Origin: Eledone cirrhosa
Taxonomy: Eukaryota
Direction: 5' to 3'
DNA: 64,000 bases
NCBI GenBank assembly: GCA_964016885.1
Contig: OZ024743.1
Coordinates: 378,696,001-378,760,000, forward strand
In this document: piece by piece, positions 23,211 to 36,700 of the stretch
Layout of the letters: each line of letters opens with the position of its first letter
Numbering within the stretch: position 1 is the stretch's first letter
Made by a program: the position numbers and the translations under genes
Notes under the pieces: generated by a model
Told to the model about the DNA's origin: nothing
Seen by the model: only the letters and a program-made list of their open reading frames with translations
The model's database searches: none

Positions 23211-23706
23211 ATTACAAAGAGTCGGGACCCAATGGCTGAGCTCTTGCCATTTCAACAGCTTGATCCAGATGGATTTATATACACACATATATATATATAT
23301 ATACACATATACATATATATACACATATACACACACACTGTAAAGTGATTGATGCTGGGAAGTGCATCCAAGCCAAAATGGAGCGTATGAGCAAGACATT
23401 GTCACTTGACCTGTCTAACCTCAGTATGTGACAACCCATCTAACCCATGCAAGCATGGAAAATAGACTTTAAATAGTGATGATGATGATATTTACAGTGG
23501 ACCCTGCATCTTACATGGTTGGAAAATATTTAACCCTTAATGTCCTGTTCCACTCTAACCCCTACTGCTATAATTTTCCCTGGGTTTTCTCAACATCCAG
23601 AGAATCTGACATTTAACCTCCTCCAAAACATTGATGTACACAGTTTGATCCCACTGCATGACTCCTTAAGAAAATGTCTTCCCATAACTTCAGACTGACT
23701 AATGCT

Positions 23707-24090
23707 TTGTGTGTGTGTCTACATGAGGTAGGCCTGTATTTATGTGTATGTCTGGCAAGCATGTATGTGTCTGGTAGATATGTATGTATTTGTGTGTGTG
23801 TGTGTGTGTCTGATAGATATATATGTATTTGTGTGTGTGTCTGGTAGGTATATATGTATTTGTGTGTGTGTGTGTGTCTGGTAGGTATATATGTATTTTT
23901 GTGTATGTGTGTGTCTGGTAGGTATATATGTATTTGTGTGTGTGTGTGTGTGTGTGTGTCTGGTAGGTATATATGTATTTTTGTGTATGTGTGTGTCTGG
24001 TAGGTATATATGTATTTGTGTGTGTGTGTGTGTGTCTGGTAGGTATATATGTATTTTTGTGTATGTGGTAGATATGTATTTGTGTGTGCA
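23707..24090. repeat. Compound (TG)n / ctggtaggtatatatgtattt repeat
   Basis: About 8-9 units of a ~21-bp core separated by variable TG runs. An inverted relative lies at 26543-26810. Confidence 0.85.
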
Positions 24091-24169
24091 CGTCTGACTA
24101 TGAAAGAAATATATGCCAGCCTCCCACACATATCTGTCGTACGTAAACATGGCACCTATGAGGCTGTGT

Positions 24170-24358
24170 CCCCATTAGTGCTTTGGAAACCACAAGCAGT
24201 CACTAATAACAGGGTGTAAGTTCTCTTATCCCGATGTCATCTCAAGAGATTCTGGTATTGAAATCCAGAATTTGGCAACGGAAATGAACAACAGACCCAC
24301 GTGGAGGTCAATTGTTGCGTCATTTTCGGCTGAGGCTGCCGGATGATGATGATGATGA
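24170..24358 (+). mobile_element. 3' end of an RTE-clade LINE with (GAT)5 tail
   Basis: VLWKP...SYPDVISRDSGIEIQNLATEMNNRPTWRSIV...AG* followed by gatgatgatgatga. Confidence 0.7.
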
Positions 24359-24589
24359 AGCATGTACTTATGTGTATGTGTCTGGTAGATATGTATGTGT
24401 GTGTGTGTGTGTGTATGTGTGTGTACAAAATATATTTCCCAGGGAAAATGTAAATTTTCCCAAACAACTTTAGCGATTCTTCCTTTATATCTCTTTCTCA
24501 CTTCCTCTCTATCACTCTATCTCCTGCTCTGGAAGAAATTGGCTGTGTTCAGACCTGGAGAGGGGACGGGCTTCACCAGCCCCATTTAA

Positions 24590-24821
24590 CCTTTTAGTTA
24601 CCAACCTGGCCAAAACCAGCTCTGGTTCTATGAAATAAAACCACCCATTTTAAAGATTTCAAACTTAAATTAAAATCTTCCAACATAATTTTGTATAAAA
24701 ACATTACATTAAATTAATATCTTAGTAATGAAATAATTAATAATTTTAGTAAATCCCTCAAAATTCTTCATTAATTAATCAAAATAGAGTGTATTTCATT
24801 AGAAATGAGGTCGTGAAAGGG
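24590..24821. mobile_element. piggyBac-like MITE
   Basis: TTAA|CCTTTTAGTTACC ... GGTCGTGAAAGGG|TTAA. The interior is similar to 5268-5449. Confidence 0.7.
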
Positions 24822-24912
24822 TTAAAATGCCTAAAACACGAAATATATCGCAATGGGGCCTCTACAACTTCCCCATAAATTATAGGTCCATACAGACAAT
24901 GTTACCCTGTTA

Positions 24913-25650
24913 TCTATATATCTAAAACAGAGAATGTCTGTCTGTCTGTCCCCCTAAAACTCAAGAACCACCCAACCGATTTTTTTCAAACTTTACACAT
25001 GTAATACTTATGGTCGTGTGGGTGTTTTGAGCAAAAAGTATTTCAAATTTTCAATGCCCTAGGGACCGCGTTAGGAGCCATTTAGCGATCTCTCTGTCTT
25101 TTTAGATAGATACAGAGCTATAATGTCGCGCCCTTATAATATCTGTCTGTATGTCTGCTGTCTGCATTACGAGATTATGACGCTATCTGTGTGTGTGTAT
25201 GTATATATAGTGTGTGTGTATATATATATATATAGTGTGTAACATTTTTCGAAATATTTACTTCTGCGTTCACAGGTTGATTTTTTTAGTTTCAGAAGAT
25301 CCCGTTAAGGGTGAAAGCAGCGATTCTTCACTTAAACTTTAATCTGTTATTTTAATATATATATATATATAATTATATATTCGTGTACAGATATTTTTGC
25401 ATACACAATAACAAAATATAAACAAATGTATTTATTTCTCGAGGCTCGACAGCAGCAAAAACAACAACAAAAAAGAGAGGGAACGCAATTACATGCTTTT
25501 GAAAAATCTTAATGGAAAATTATTTGCCTATTCACCCAATTATTAGGATTTCTGCATCAATTGGTGAACACACGAAACTGTTTCAGAAAGGAGGGATAAA
25601 CATGCCAATCTATGTTTAGAATCCTGAGCAGTGCCAGGCCATTCTGCTAG
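24913..25650 (+). mobile_element. Non-autonomous Helitron, copy 1
   Basis: Starts A|TCTATATATCTAAAA and ends with GC hairpin CCTGAGCAGTGCCAGG then CTAG (25647-25650). No TSD. Confidence 0.85.
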
Positions 25651-26433
25651 TCTATATATCTAAAACAGAGAATGTCTGTCTGTCTCCCTAAAACTCGAGA
25701 ACCTCCCAACTGATTTTTTTCAAACTTTACATATGTAATACTTATGGTCGTGTGAGTGTTTTAAGCAAAAACATTTCAAATTTTCAATGCCCGCATTAGG
25801 TGAAACACCGCATATTTTAGGCTTTAAAGGCTTATGTCATTTAAATTGTTTTGAGCAAAAAAGATTTTCTCATTTTTTGCCCCAGGGACCGCATTAGGCG
25901 AAAAACCAATTTTTTAAAGTATTTTGGTTGCGTTAGGGCTTGTAACTCGAGAAGTGCCCAACCGATTTTTAAAAAACATTGCATATGCATTACTTATGTT
26001 TCATAAATTTTCTTGACTGAAAAAGATTTCAAATTTCTGCCCAGGGATCGCATTGTTTAGCATTTTGGTTGCGTTAGGGCATGTAACCTTAAAAGTATCC
26101 AACTAAATTCCTTCATGCTCTCCACCACTGCAGTCCCACATGCTTACTGCTCTGTAACTATTGCTTTCATTGTACCATAGCACAACAAATACATGTTCGG
26201 TTTGTCGAATGCCTTTTTACTTAACCCTATCGTCTTGGCTTTCGTGGGTTGAACATTTTACTCTCAGGCACCCAATTAAGTTAAACCCCTGGTAATCTAC
26301 GACAAATTTTTTTTATAAGCACAAAATGTAGACACCATCCCCAGGCCGAGGTATTCCGTACTGTTTCAGAAAGGAGGGATAAACATGCCAATCTATATTT
26401 AGAATCCCGAGCAACGCCGGGCCATTCTGCTAG
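25651..26433 (+). mobile_element. Non-autonomous Helitron, copy 2 (head-to-tail with copy 1)
   Basis: Starts TCTATATATCTAAAA immediately after the CTAG of copy 1. Ends with hairpin CCCGAGCAACGCCGGG then CTAG|T. Confidence 0.85.
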
Positions 26434-26847
26434 TTCTTATCTAAAAGGAAGGCTCTGTCACAAAGTGATCACAATAAGCAGCTTCCATTGTCTAAAGTTA
26501 TTTGGGAAATTTTCATTTTTTCCTGGGAAATATATTTTGTATGCACACACACACACAGACATATATACATCTTACCACACACACATAAATACCTACATAC
26601 CATACACATATTACTACGCACACACACACAATCTACCTCATGCACACACATATCTACCACATACACACACAAGTACATATCTACCACATACACACACATA
26701 AATACACACAGACATACACATCTTACCACACACATAAATACATATCTACTACACACATGCACAAAAAGGCCTACCACATGCACACACATATAAATACATA
26801 CTTATCACACACAACAATAACAGCAACAAATACAGCTTGAAGCAAGG

Positions 26848-27290
26848 AAGGAACTTCTTTATAATCATTCGACCTGCTAGAAATAGCAGCTAAACCACCC
26901 TGTCTTAGGAAAGGACACTTTCAATAATGAGGTTGTGGGTTTACTGCACAAAGGTAAGAAAGATGGGATGGTCACATCTGGAATGTCTGTGATCATAGAT
27001 CTACTAGATCAGTGCTGACCTACAGGACTGGATTTAGACCGTGGGGGTCCCAAAGTACTTCAGGTTTGGGGGAACCCCTCATACACAAAAAAATTAGAAT
27101 ACACAGCAATTTTACACCTCAATTTTCCATATCAAAGTTAGCTTGGTGCAAGTAATTGGAATTGGAAAGTTATAAATACAGGTATTGGGCACAAATAAAT
27201 TGCTACAGCTGTCACTTGTGGGACCCCCACCACTGCAAGAGACGTGGGGGAATGGCCCCCTTTGTCCCCCTCCCCCAGGGTTAAACAACA
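26848..27290 (+). mobile_element. SINE-like element interrupted by a truncated MITE (27023-27275)
   Basis: The host ...gctgacct resumes as gggttaaacaac after the MITE. The uninterrupted form gctgacctggggttaaacaac is at about 16451-16471. Confidence 0.65.
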
Positions 27291-27650
27291 TCCATCTACA
27301 GCAACAACAACAACAATCTCTACCTCTACAACAACAACAACCATCTCTACCTCTACAACAACAACAACCATCTCTACCTCTACAACAACAACAACCATCT
27401 CTAACTCTACAACAACAGGTAATCTCTGCCAGTACAACAACAACAACCATCTCTAACTCTACAACAACAACAACAGGTAATCTCTGCCAGTACAACAACA
27501 ACAACCATCTCTACCTCTACAACAACAACAACCATCTCTGCCAGTACAACAACAACAGCCATCTCTACCTCTACAACAACAACAACCATCTCTGCCAGTA
27601 CAACAACAACAGCCATCTCTGTCTGTACAACAACAACAACAATATCTGCC
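27285..27650. repeat. 27-bp AAC-rich minisatellite (catctctacctctacaacaacaacaac and variants)
   Basis: About 13 units with alternating ctctacctct / ctctgccagt variants. Confidence 0.9.
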
Positions 27651-27794
27651 TGAGCTTGTTTGATGTCTGACGTTCTATGACTATCATCAAACGTGACTAC
27701 TGAAAGCTATGTCGTAAGCTTGTTATGTCACCATGGTGAAAAAAACTTGGTAAACAAAGAAAGCTTTCTTGAGTCCACTACACTGAATAATAGG

Positions 27795-30700
27795 TTGACA
27801 CCCCACCACTACCCCAGAGCTTCTCCTACACTAGAGAGAGAGAGTTTTACACCCCACCCCTACCCCAGTTACTCCTACACTAGAGAGAGAGAGTTTTACA
27901 CCCCACCACTACCCCAGTTTCTCCTACACTAGAGAGAGAGTTTTACACCCCACCACTACCCCAGTTTCTCCTACACTAGAGAGAGAGAGTTTTACAGCCC
28001 ACCACTACCCCAGTTTCTCCTACACTAGAGAGAGAGAGAGAGAGTTTTACACCCCACCACTACCCCAGTTTCTCCTACACTAGAGAGAGAGTTTTACACC
28101 TCACCACTACCCCAGTTTCACCTACACTAGAGAGAGAGAGAGTTTTACACCCCACCACTACCCCAGTTCTCCTACACTAGAGAGAGAGAGAGTTTTACAC
28201 CCCACCACTACCCCAGTTCTCCTACACTAGAGAGAGAGAGAGTTTTACACCCCACCCCTACCCCAGTTTCTCCTACACTAGAGAGAGAGAGAGTTTTACA
28301 CCCCACCCCCACCCCAGTTTCTCCTACACTAGAGAGAGAGAGAGAGTTTTACACCCCACCACTACCCCAGTTTCTCCTACACTAGAGAGAGAGAGAGTTT
28401 TACACCCCACCACTACCCCAGTTTCTCCTACACTAGAGAGAGAGAGTTTTACACCCCACCACTACCCCAGTTTCTCCTACGCTAGAGAGATAGAGTTTTA
28501 CACCCCACCACTACCCCAGTTTCTCCTACACTAGAGAGAGAGTTTTACACCCCACCACTACCCCAGTTTCTCCTACACTAGAGAGAGAGTTTTACACCCC
28601 ACCACTACCCCAGTTTCTCCTACACTAGAGAGAGGGAGTTTTACACCCCACCACTACCCCAGTTTCTCCTACACTAGAGAGAGAGAGTTTTACACCCCAC
28701 CACTAACCCAGTTTCTCCTACGCTAGAGAGATAGAGTTTTACACCCCACCACTACCCCAGTTTCTCCTACACTAGAGAGAGAGTTTTACCCCCCACCACT
28801 ACCCCAGTTTCTCCTACACTAGAGAGAGAGTTTTACACCCCACCACTACCCCAGTTTCTCCTACACTAGAGAGAGAGTTTTACACCCCACCACTACGCCA
28901 GTTTCTCCTACACTAGAGAGAGAGAGTTTTACACCCCACCACTACCCCAGTTTCTCCTACACTAGAGAGAGAGAGTTTTACACCCCACCACTACCCCAGT
29001 TTCTCCTACGCTAGAGAGATAGAGTTTTACACCCCACCACTACCCCAGTTTCTCCTACACTAGAGAGGGAGTTTTACACCCCACCACTACCCCAGTTTCT
29101 CCTACACTAGAGAGAGAGTTTTACACCCCACCACTACCCCAGTTTCTCCTACACTAGAGAGAGAGTTTTACACCCCACCACTACCCCAGTTTCTCCTACA
29201 CTAGAGAGAGGGAGTTTTACACCCCACCACTACCCCAGTTTCTCCTACACTAGAGAGAGAGAGTTTTACACCCCACCACTACCCCAGTTTCTCCTACACT
29301 AGAGAGAGAGTTTTACACCCCACCACTACCCCAGTTTCTCCTACACTAGAGAGAGAGAGTTTTACACCCCACCACTACCCCAGTTTCTCCTACACTAGAG
29401 AGAGAGTTTTACACCCCACCACTACCCCAGTTTCTCCTACACTAGAGAGAGAGAGTTTTACACCCCACCACTACCCCAGTTTCTCCTACACTAGAGAGAG
29501 AGTTTTACACCCCACCACTACCCCAGTTTCTCCTACACTAGAGAGAGAGAGTTTTACACCCCACCACTACCCCAGTTTCTCCTACACTAGAGAGAGAGTT
29601 TTACACCCCACCACTACCCCAGTTTCTCCTACACTAGAGAGAGAGAGTTTTACACCCCACCACTACCCCAGTTTCTCCTACACTAGAGAGAGAGAGTTTT
29701 ACACCCCACCACTACCCCAGTTTCTCCTACACTAGAGAGAGAGTTTTACACCCCACCACTACCCCAGTTTCTCCTACACTAGAGAGAGAGGGTTTTACAC
29801 CCCACCACTACCCCAGTTTCTCCTACACTAGAGAGAGAGAGTTTTACACACCACCCCTACCCCAGTTTCTCTTACACTAGAGAGAGAGAGAGAGTTTTAC
29901 ACCCCACCACTACCCCAGTTTCTCCCACACTAGAGAGAGAGTTTTACACCCCACCACTACCCCAGTTTCTCCTACACTAGAGAGAGAGAGTTTTACACCC
30001 CACCACTACCCCAGTTTCTCCTACACTAGAGAGAGAGAGTTTTACACCCCACCACTACCCCAGTTTCTCCTACACTAGAGAGAGAGTTTTACACCCCACC
30101 ACTACCCCAGTTTCTCCTACACTAGAGAGAGAGAGTTTTACACCCCACCACTACCCCAGTTTCTCCTACACTAGAGAGAGAGTTTTACACCCCACCACTA
30201 CCCCAGTTTCTCCTACACTAGAGAGAGAGTTTTACACCCCACACTACCCCAGTTTCTCCTACACTAGAGAGAGAGTTTTACACCCCACCACTACCCCCAG
30301 TTTCTCCTACACTAGAGAGAGAGTTTTACACCCCACCACTACCCCAGTTTCTCCTACACTAGAGAGAGAGGGTTTTACACCCCACCACTACCCCAGTTTC
30401 TCCTACACTAGAGAGAGAGAGTTTTACACCCCACCACTAACCCAGTTTCTCCTACGCTAGAGAGATAGAGTTTTACACCCCACCACTACCCCAGTTTCTC
30501 CTACACTAGAGAGAGAGTTTTACACCCCACCACTACCCCAGTTTCTCCTACACTAGAGAGAGAGTTTTACACCCCACCACTACGCCAGTTTCTCCTACAC
30601 TAGAGAGAGAGAGTTTTACACCCCACCACTACCCCAGTTTCTCCTACACTAGAGAGAGAGAGTTTTACACCCCACCACTACCCCAGTTTCTCCTACGCTA

Positions 30701-33700
30701 GAGAGATAGAGTTTTACACCCCACCACTACCCCAGTTTCTCCTACACTAGAGAGAGAGGGTTTTACACCCCACCACTACCCCAGTTTCTCCTACACTAGA
30801 GAGAGAGAGAGAGTTTTACACCCCACCACTACCCCAGTTTCTCCCACACTAGAGAGAGAGTTTTACACCCCACCACTACCCCAGTTTCTCCTACACTAGA
30901 GAGAGAGAGTTTTACACCCCACCACTACCCCAGTTTCTCCTACACTAGAGAGAGAGAGTTTTACACCCCACCACTACCCCAGTTTCTCCTACACTAGAGA
31001 GAGAGTTTTACACCCCACCACTACCCCAGTTTCTCCTACACTAGAGAGAGAGAGTTTTACACCCCACCACTACCCCAGTTTCTCCTACACTAGAGAGAGA
31101 GTTTTACACCCCACCACTACCCCAGTTTCTCCTACACTAGAGAGAGAGTTTTACACCCCACCACTACCCCAGTTTCTCCTACACTAGAGAGAGAGTTTTA
31201 CACCCCACCACTACCCCAGTTTCTCCTACACTAGAGAGAGAGTTTTACACCCCACCACTACCCCAGTTTCTCCTACACTAGAGAGAGGGAGTTTTACACC
31301 CCACCACTACCCCAGTTTCTCCTACACTAGAGAGAGAGAGTTTTACACCCCACCACTAACCCAGTTTCTCCTACGCTAGAGAGATAGAGTTTTACACCCC
31401 ACCACTACCCCAGTTTCTCCTACACTAGAGAGAGAGTTTTACACCCCTCCACTACCCCAGTTTCTCCTACACTAGAGAGAGAGTTTTACACCCCACCACT
31501 ACCCCAGTTTCTCCTACACTAGAGAGAGAGTTTTACACCCCACCACTACGCCAGTTTCTCCTACACTAGAGAGAGAGAGTTTTACACCCCACCACTACCC
31601 CAGTTTCTCCTACACTAGAGAGAGAGAGTTTTACACCCCACCACTACCCCAGTTTCTCCTACGCTAGAGAGATAGAGTTTCACACCCCACCACTACCCCA
31701 GTTTCTCCTACACTAGAGAGAGAGTTTTACACCCCACCACTACCCCAGTTTCTCCTACACTAGAGAGAGAGTTTTACACCCCACCACTACCCCAGTTTCT
31801 CCTACACTAGAGAGAGAGAGTTTTACACCCCACCACTACCCCAGTTTCTCCTACACTAGAGAGAGAGTTTTACACCCCACCACTACCCAGTTTCTCCTAC
31901 ACTAGAGAGAGAGAGTTTTACACCCCACCACTACCCCAGTTTCTCCTACACTAGAGAGAGAGTTTTACACCCCACCACTATCCCAGTTTCTCCTACACTA
32001 GAGAGAGAGAGTTTTACACCCCACCACTACCCCAGTTTCTCCTACACTAGAGAGAGAGTTTTACACCCCACCACTACCCCAGTTTCTCCTACACTAGAGA
32101 GAGAGAGTTTTACACCCCACCACTACCCCAGTTTCTCCTACACTAGAGAGAGAGTTTTACACCCCACCACTACCCCAGTTTCTCCTACACTAGAGAGAGA
32201 GAGTTTTACACCCCACCACTACCCCAGTTTCTCCTACACTAGAGAGAGAGAGTTTTACACCCCACCCCTACCCCAGTTTCTCTTACACTAGAGAGAGAGA
32301 GAGTTTTACACCCCACCACTACCCCAGTTTCTCCCACACTAGAGAGAGAGTTTTACACCCCACCACTACCCCAGTTTCTCCTACACTAGAGAGAGAGAGT
32401 TTTACACCCCACCACTACCCCAGTTTCTCCTACACTAGAGAGAGAGAGTTTTACACCCCACCACTACCCCAGTTTCTCCTACACTAGAGAGAGAGTTTTA
32501 CACCCCACCACTACCCCAGTTTCTCCTACACTAGAGAGAGAGAGTTTTACACCCCACCACTACCCCAGTTTCTCCTACACTAGAGAGAGAGTTTTACACC
32601 CCACCACTACCCCAGTTTCTCCTACACTAGAGAGAGAGTTTTACACCCCACCACTACCCCAGTTTCTCCTACACTAGAGAGAGAGTTTTACACCCCACCA
32701 CTACCCCAGTTTCTCCTACACTAGAGAGAGAGTTTTACACCCCACCACTACCCCAGTTTCTCCTACACTAGAGAGAGAGAGTTTTACACCCCACCACTAC
32801 CCCAGTTTCTCCTACACTAGAGAGAGAGAGTTTTACACCCCACCACTACCCCAGTTTCTCCTACACTAGAGAGAGAGAGAATTTTACACCCCACCACTAC
32901 CCCAGTTTCTCCTACACTAGAGAGAGAGAGAATTTTACACCGCACCACTACCCCAGTTTCTCCTACACTAGAGAGAGAGAGAGAATTTTACACCCCACCA
33001 CTACCCCAGTTTCTCCTACACTAGAGAGAGAGTTTTACAGCCCACCACTACCCCAGTTTCTCCTACACTAGAGAGAGAGAGTTTTACACCCCACCACTAC
33101 CCCAGTTTCTTCTACACTAGAGAGAGAGTTTGACACCCCACCACTACCGCAGTTTCTCCTACACTAGAGAGAGAGAGTTTTACACCCCACCACTACCCCA
33201 GTTTCTCCTACACTAGAGAGAGAGAGTTTTACACCCCACCACTACCCCAGTTTCTCCTACACTAGAGAGAGAGAGTTTTACAACCCACCACTACCCCAGT
33301 TTCTACTACACTAGAGAGAGAGAGTTTTACACCCCACCACTACCCCAGTTTCTCCTACACTAGAGAGAGAGAGTTTTACACCCCACCACTACCCCAGTTT
33401 CTCCTACACTAGAGAGAGAGTTTTACACCCCACCACTACCCCAGTTTCTCCTACACTAGAGAGAGAGAGTTTTACACCCCACCACTACCCCAGTTTCTCC
33501 TACACTAGAGAGAGAGTTTTACACCCCACCACTACCCCAGTTTCTCCTACACTAGAGAGAGAGAGTTTTACACCCCACCACTACCCCAGTTTCTCCTACA
33601 CTAGAGAGAGTTTTACACCCCACCACTACCCCAGTTTATCCTACACTAGAGAGAGAGAGAGAATTTTATACCCCACCACTACCCCAGTTTCTCCTACACT

Positions 33701-36700
33701 AGAGAGAGAGAGAGAGAATTTTACACCGCACCACTACCCCAGTTTCTCCTACACTAGAGAGAGAGAGAATTTTACACCCCACCACTACCCCAGTTTCTCC
33801 TACACTAGAGAGAGAGAGAGAATTTTACACCCCACCACTACCCCAGTGTTTCCTACACTAGAGAGAGAATTTTACACCCCACCACTACCCCAGTTTCTCC
33901 TACACTAGAGAGAGAGAGAGAATTTTACACCCCACCACTACCCCAGTTTCTCCTACACTAGAGAGAGAGAGAGAATTTTACACCCCACCACTACCCCAGT
34001 TTCTCCTACACTAGAGAGAGGGAGAGAATTTTACACCCCACCACTACCCCAGTTTCTCCTACACTAGAGAGAGAGAGAGAATTTTACACCCCACCACTAC
34101 CCCAGTTTCTCCTACACTAGAGAGAGAGAGAGAATTTTACACCCCACCACTACCCCAGTTTCTCCTACACTAGAGAGAGAGAGAGAATTTTACACCCCAC
34201 CACTACCCCAGTTTCTCCTACACTAGAGAGAGAGAGAGAATTTTACACCCCACCACTACCCCAGTGTTTCCTACACTAGAGAGAGAATTTTACACCCCAC
34301 CACTACCCCAGTTTCTCCTACACTAGAGAGAGATAGAGAGTTTTACACCCCACCACTACCCAGTTTCTCCTACACTAGAGAGAGAGAGAGAGTTTTACAC
34401 CCAACCACTACCCCAGTTTCTCCTACACTAGAGAGAGAGAGTTTTACACCCAACCACTACCCCAGTTTCTGCTACACTAGTGAGAGAGAGAGTTTTACAC
34501 CCCACCATACCCCAGTTTCTGCTACACTAGTGAGAGAGAGAGTTTTACACCCCACCACTACCCCAGTTTCTGCTACACTAGTGAGAGAGAGAGTTTTACA
34601 CCCCACCACTACCCCAGTTTCTCCTACACTAGAGAGAGAGTTTTACACCCCACCACTACCCCAGTTTCTGCTACACTAGTGAGAGAGAGAGTTTTACACC
34701 CCACCACTACCCCAGTTTCCCCTACACTAGTGAGAGAGAGAGTTTTACACCCCACCACTACCCCAGTTTCCCCTACACTAGTGAGAGAGAGAGTTTTACA
34801 CCCCACCACTACCCCAGTTTCTCCTACACTAGAGAGAGAGTTTTACACCCCATCACTACCCCAGTTTCCGCTACACTAGTGAGAGAGAGAGTTTTACACC
34901 CCACCACTACCCCAGTTTCTCCTACACTAGAGAGAGAGTTTTACACACCACCACTACCCCAGTTTCCCATACACTAGTGAGAGAGAGAGTTTTACACCCC
35001 ACCACTACCCCAGTTTCTCCTACACTACAGAGAGAGAGAGATTTACACCCCACCACTACCCCAGTTTCTCCTACACTAGAGAGAGAGTTTTACACCCCAC
35101 CATACCCCAGTTTCTCCTACACTAGAGAGAGAGAGAGAGTTTTACACCCCACCATACCCCAGTTTCTCCTACACTAGAGAGAGTTTTACACCCCACCACT
35201 ACCTCAGTTTCTCCTACACTAGAGAGAGAGAGAGAGTTTTACACCCCACCATACCCCAGTTTCTCCTACACTAGAGAGAGTTTTACACCCCACCACTACC
35301 CCAGTTTCTCCTACACTAGAGAGAGAGTTTTACACACCACCACTACCCCAGTTTCCCATACACTAGTGAGAGAGAGAGTTTTACACCCCACCACTACCCC
35401 AGTTTCTCCTACACTACAGAGAGAGAGAGATTTACACCCCACCACTACCCCAGTTTCTCCTACACTAGAGAGAGAGTTTTACACCCCACCATACCCCAGT
35501 TTCTCCTACACTAGAGAGAGAGAGAGAGTTTTACACCCCACCATACCCCAGTTTCTCCTACACTAGAGAGAGTTTTACACCCCACCACTACCCCAGTTTC
35601 TCCTACACTAGAGAGATAGAGTTTTACACTCCACCACTACCCCAGTTTCTCCTACACTACAGAGAGAGAGAGATTTACACCCCACCACTACCCCAGTTTC
35701 TCCTACACTAGAGAGAGAGTTTTACACCCCACCACTACCTCAGTTTCTCCTACACTAGAGAGAGAGAGAGAGTCTTATACCCCACCACTACCCCAGTTTC
35801 TCCTACACTAGAGAGAGAGAGAGTTTTACACCCCACCACTACCCCAGTTTCTCCTACACTACAGAGAGAGAGAGATTTACACCCCACCACTACCCCAGTT
35901 TCTCCTACACTAGAGAGAGAGTTTTACACCCCACCACTACCCCAGTTTCTCCTACACTACAGAGAGAGAGAGATTTACACCCCACCACTACCCCAGTTTC
36001 TCCTACACTAGAGAGAGAGTTTTACACCCCACCACTACCCCAGTTTCTCCTACACTAGAGAGAGAGAGAGTTTTACACCCCACCACTACCCCAGTTTCTT
36101 CTGCACTAGAGAGAGAGTTTTACACCTCACTACTACCCCAGTTTCTCCTACACTAGAGAGAGAGTTTTACACCCCACCACTACCCCAGTTTCTCCTACAC
36201 TAGAGAGAGAGTTTTACACCCCACCACTAACCCAATTTCTCCTACACTAGAGAGAGACTTTTACACCCCACCCCTACCCCAGTTTCTCCTACAGTAGAGA
36301 GAGAGAGAGTTTTACACCCCACCACTACCCCAGTTTCTCCTACACTAGAGAGAGAGTTTTACACCCCACCATTACCCCAGTTTCTCCTACACTAGAGAGA
36401 GACTTTTACACCCCACCCTTACCCCAGTTTCTCCTACACTAGAGAGAGAGAGAGTTTTACACCCCAACACCACCCCAGTTTCTCCTACACTAGAGAGAGA
36501 GTCTTACACCCCACCACTAACCCAGTTTCTCCTACAATAGAGAGAGAGAGAGAGAGTTTTACACCCCACCACTACCCCAGTTTCTCCTACACTAGAGAGA
36601 GAGAGAGAGAGAGATTTACACCCCACCACTACCCCAGTTTCTCCTACACTAGAGAGAGAGTTTTACACCCCACCACTACCCCAGTTTCCCCTACACTAGT

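Noticed and set aside
23613-24155. His/Thr/Tyr-rich ORFs (also 26465-26840)
   Set aside because: They are translations of CA/TG compound microsatellites.
27112-27670. PolyQ/polyN/polyT proteins
   Set aside because: They are frames of the AAC minisatellite and the adjacent MITE.
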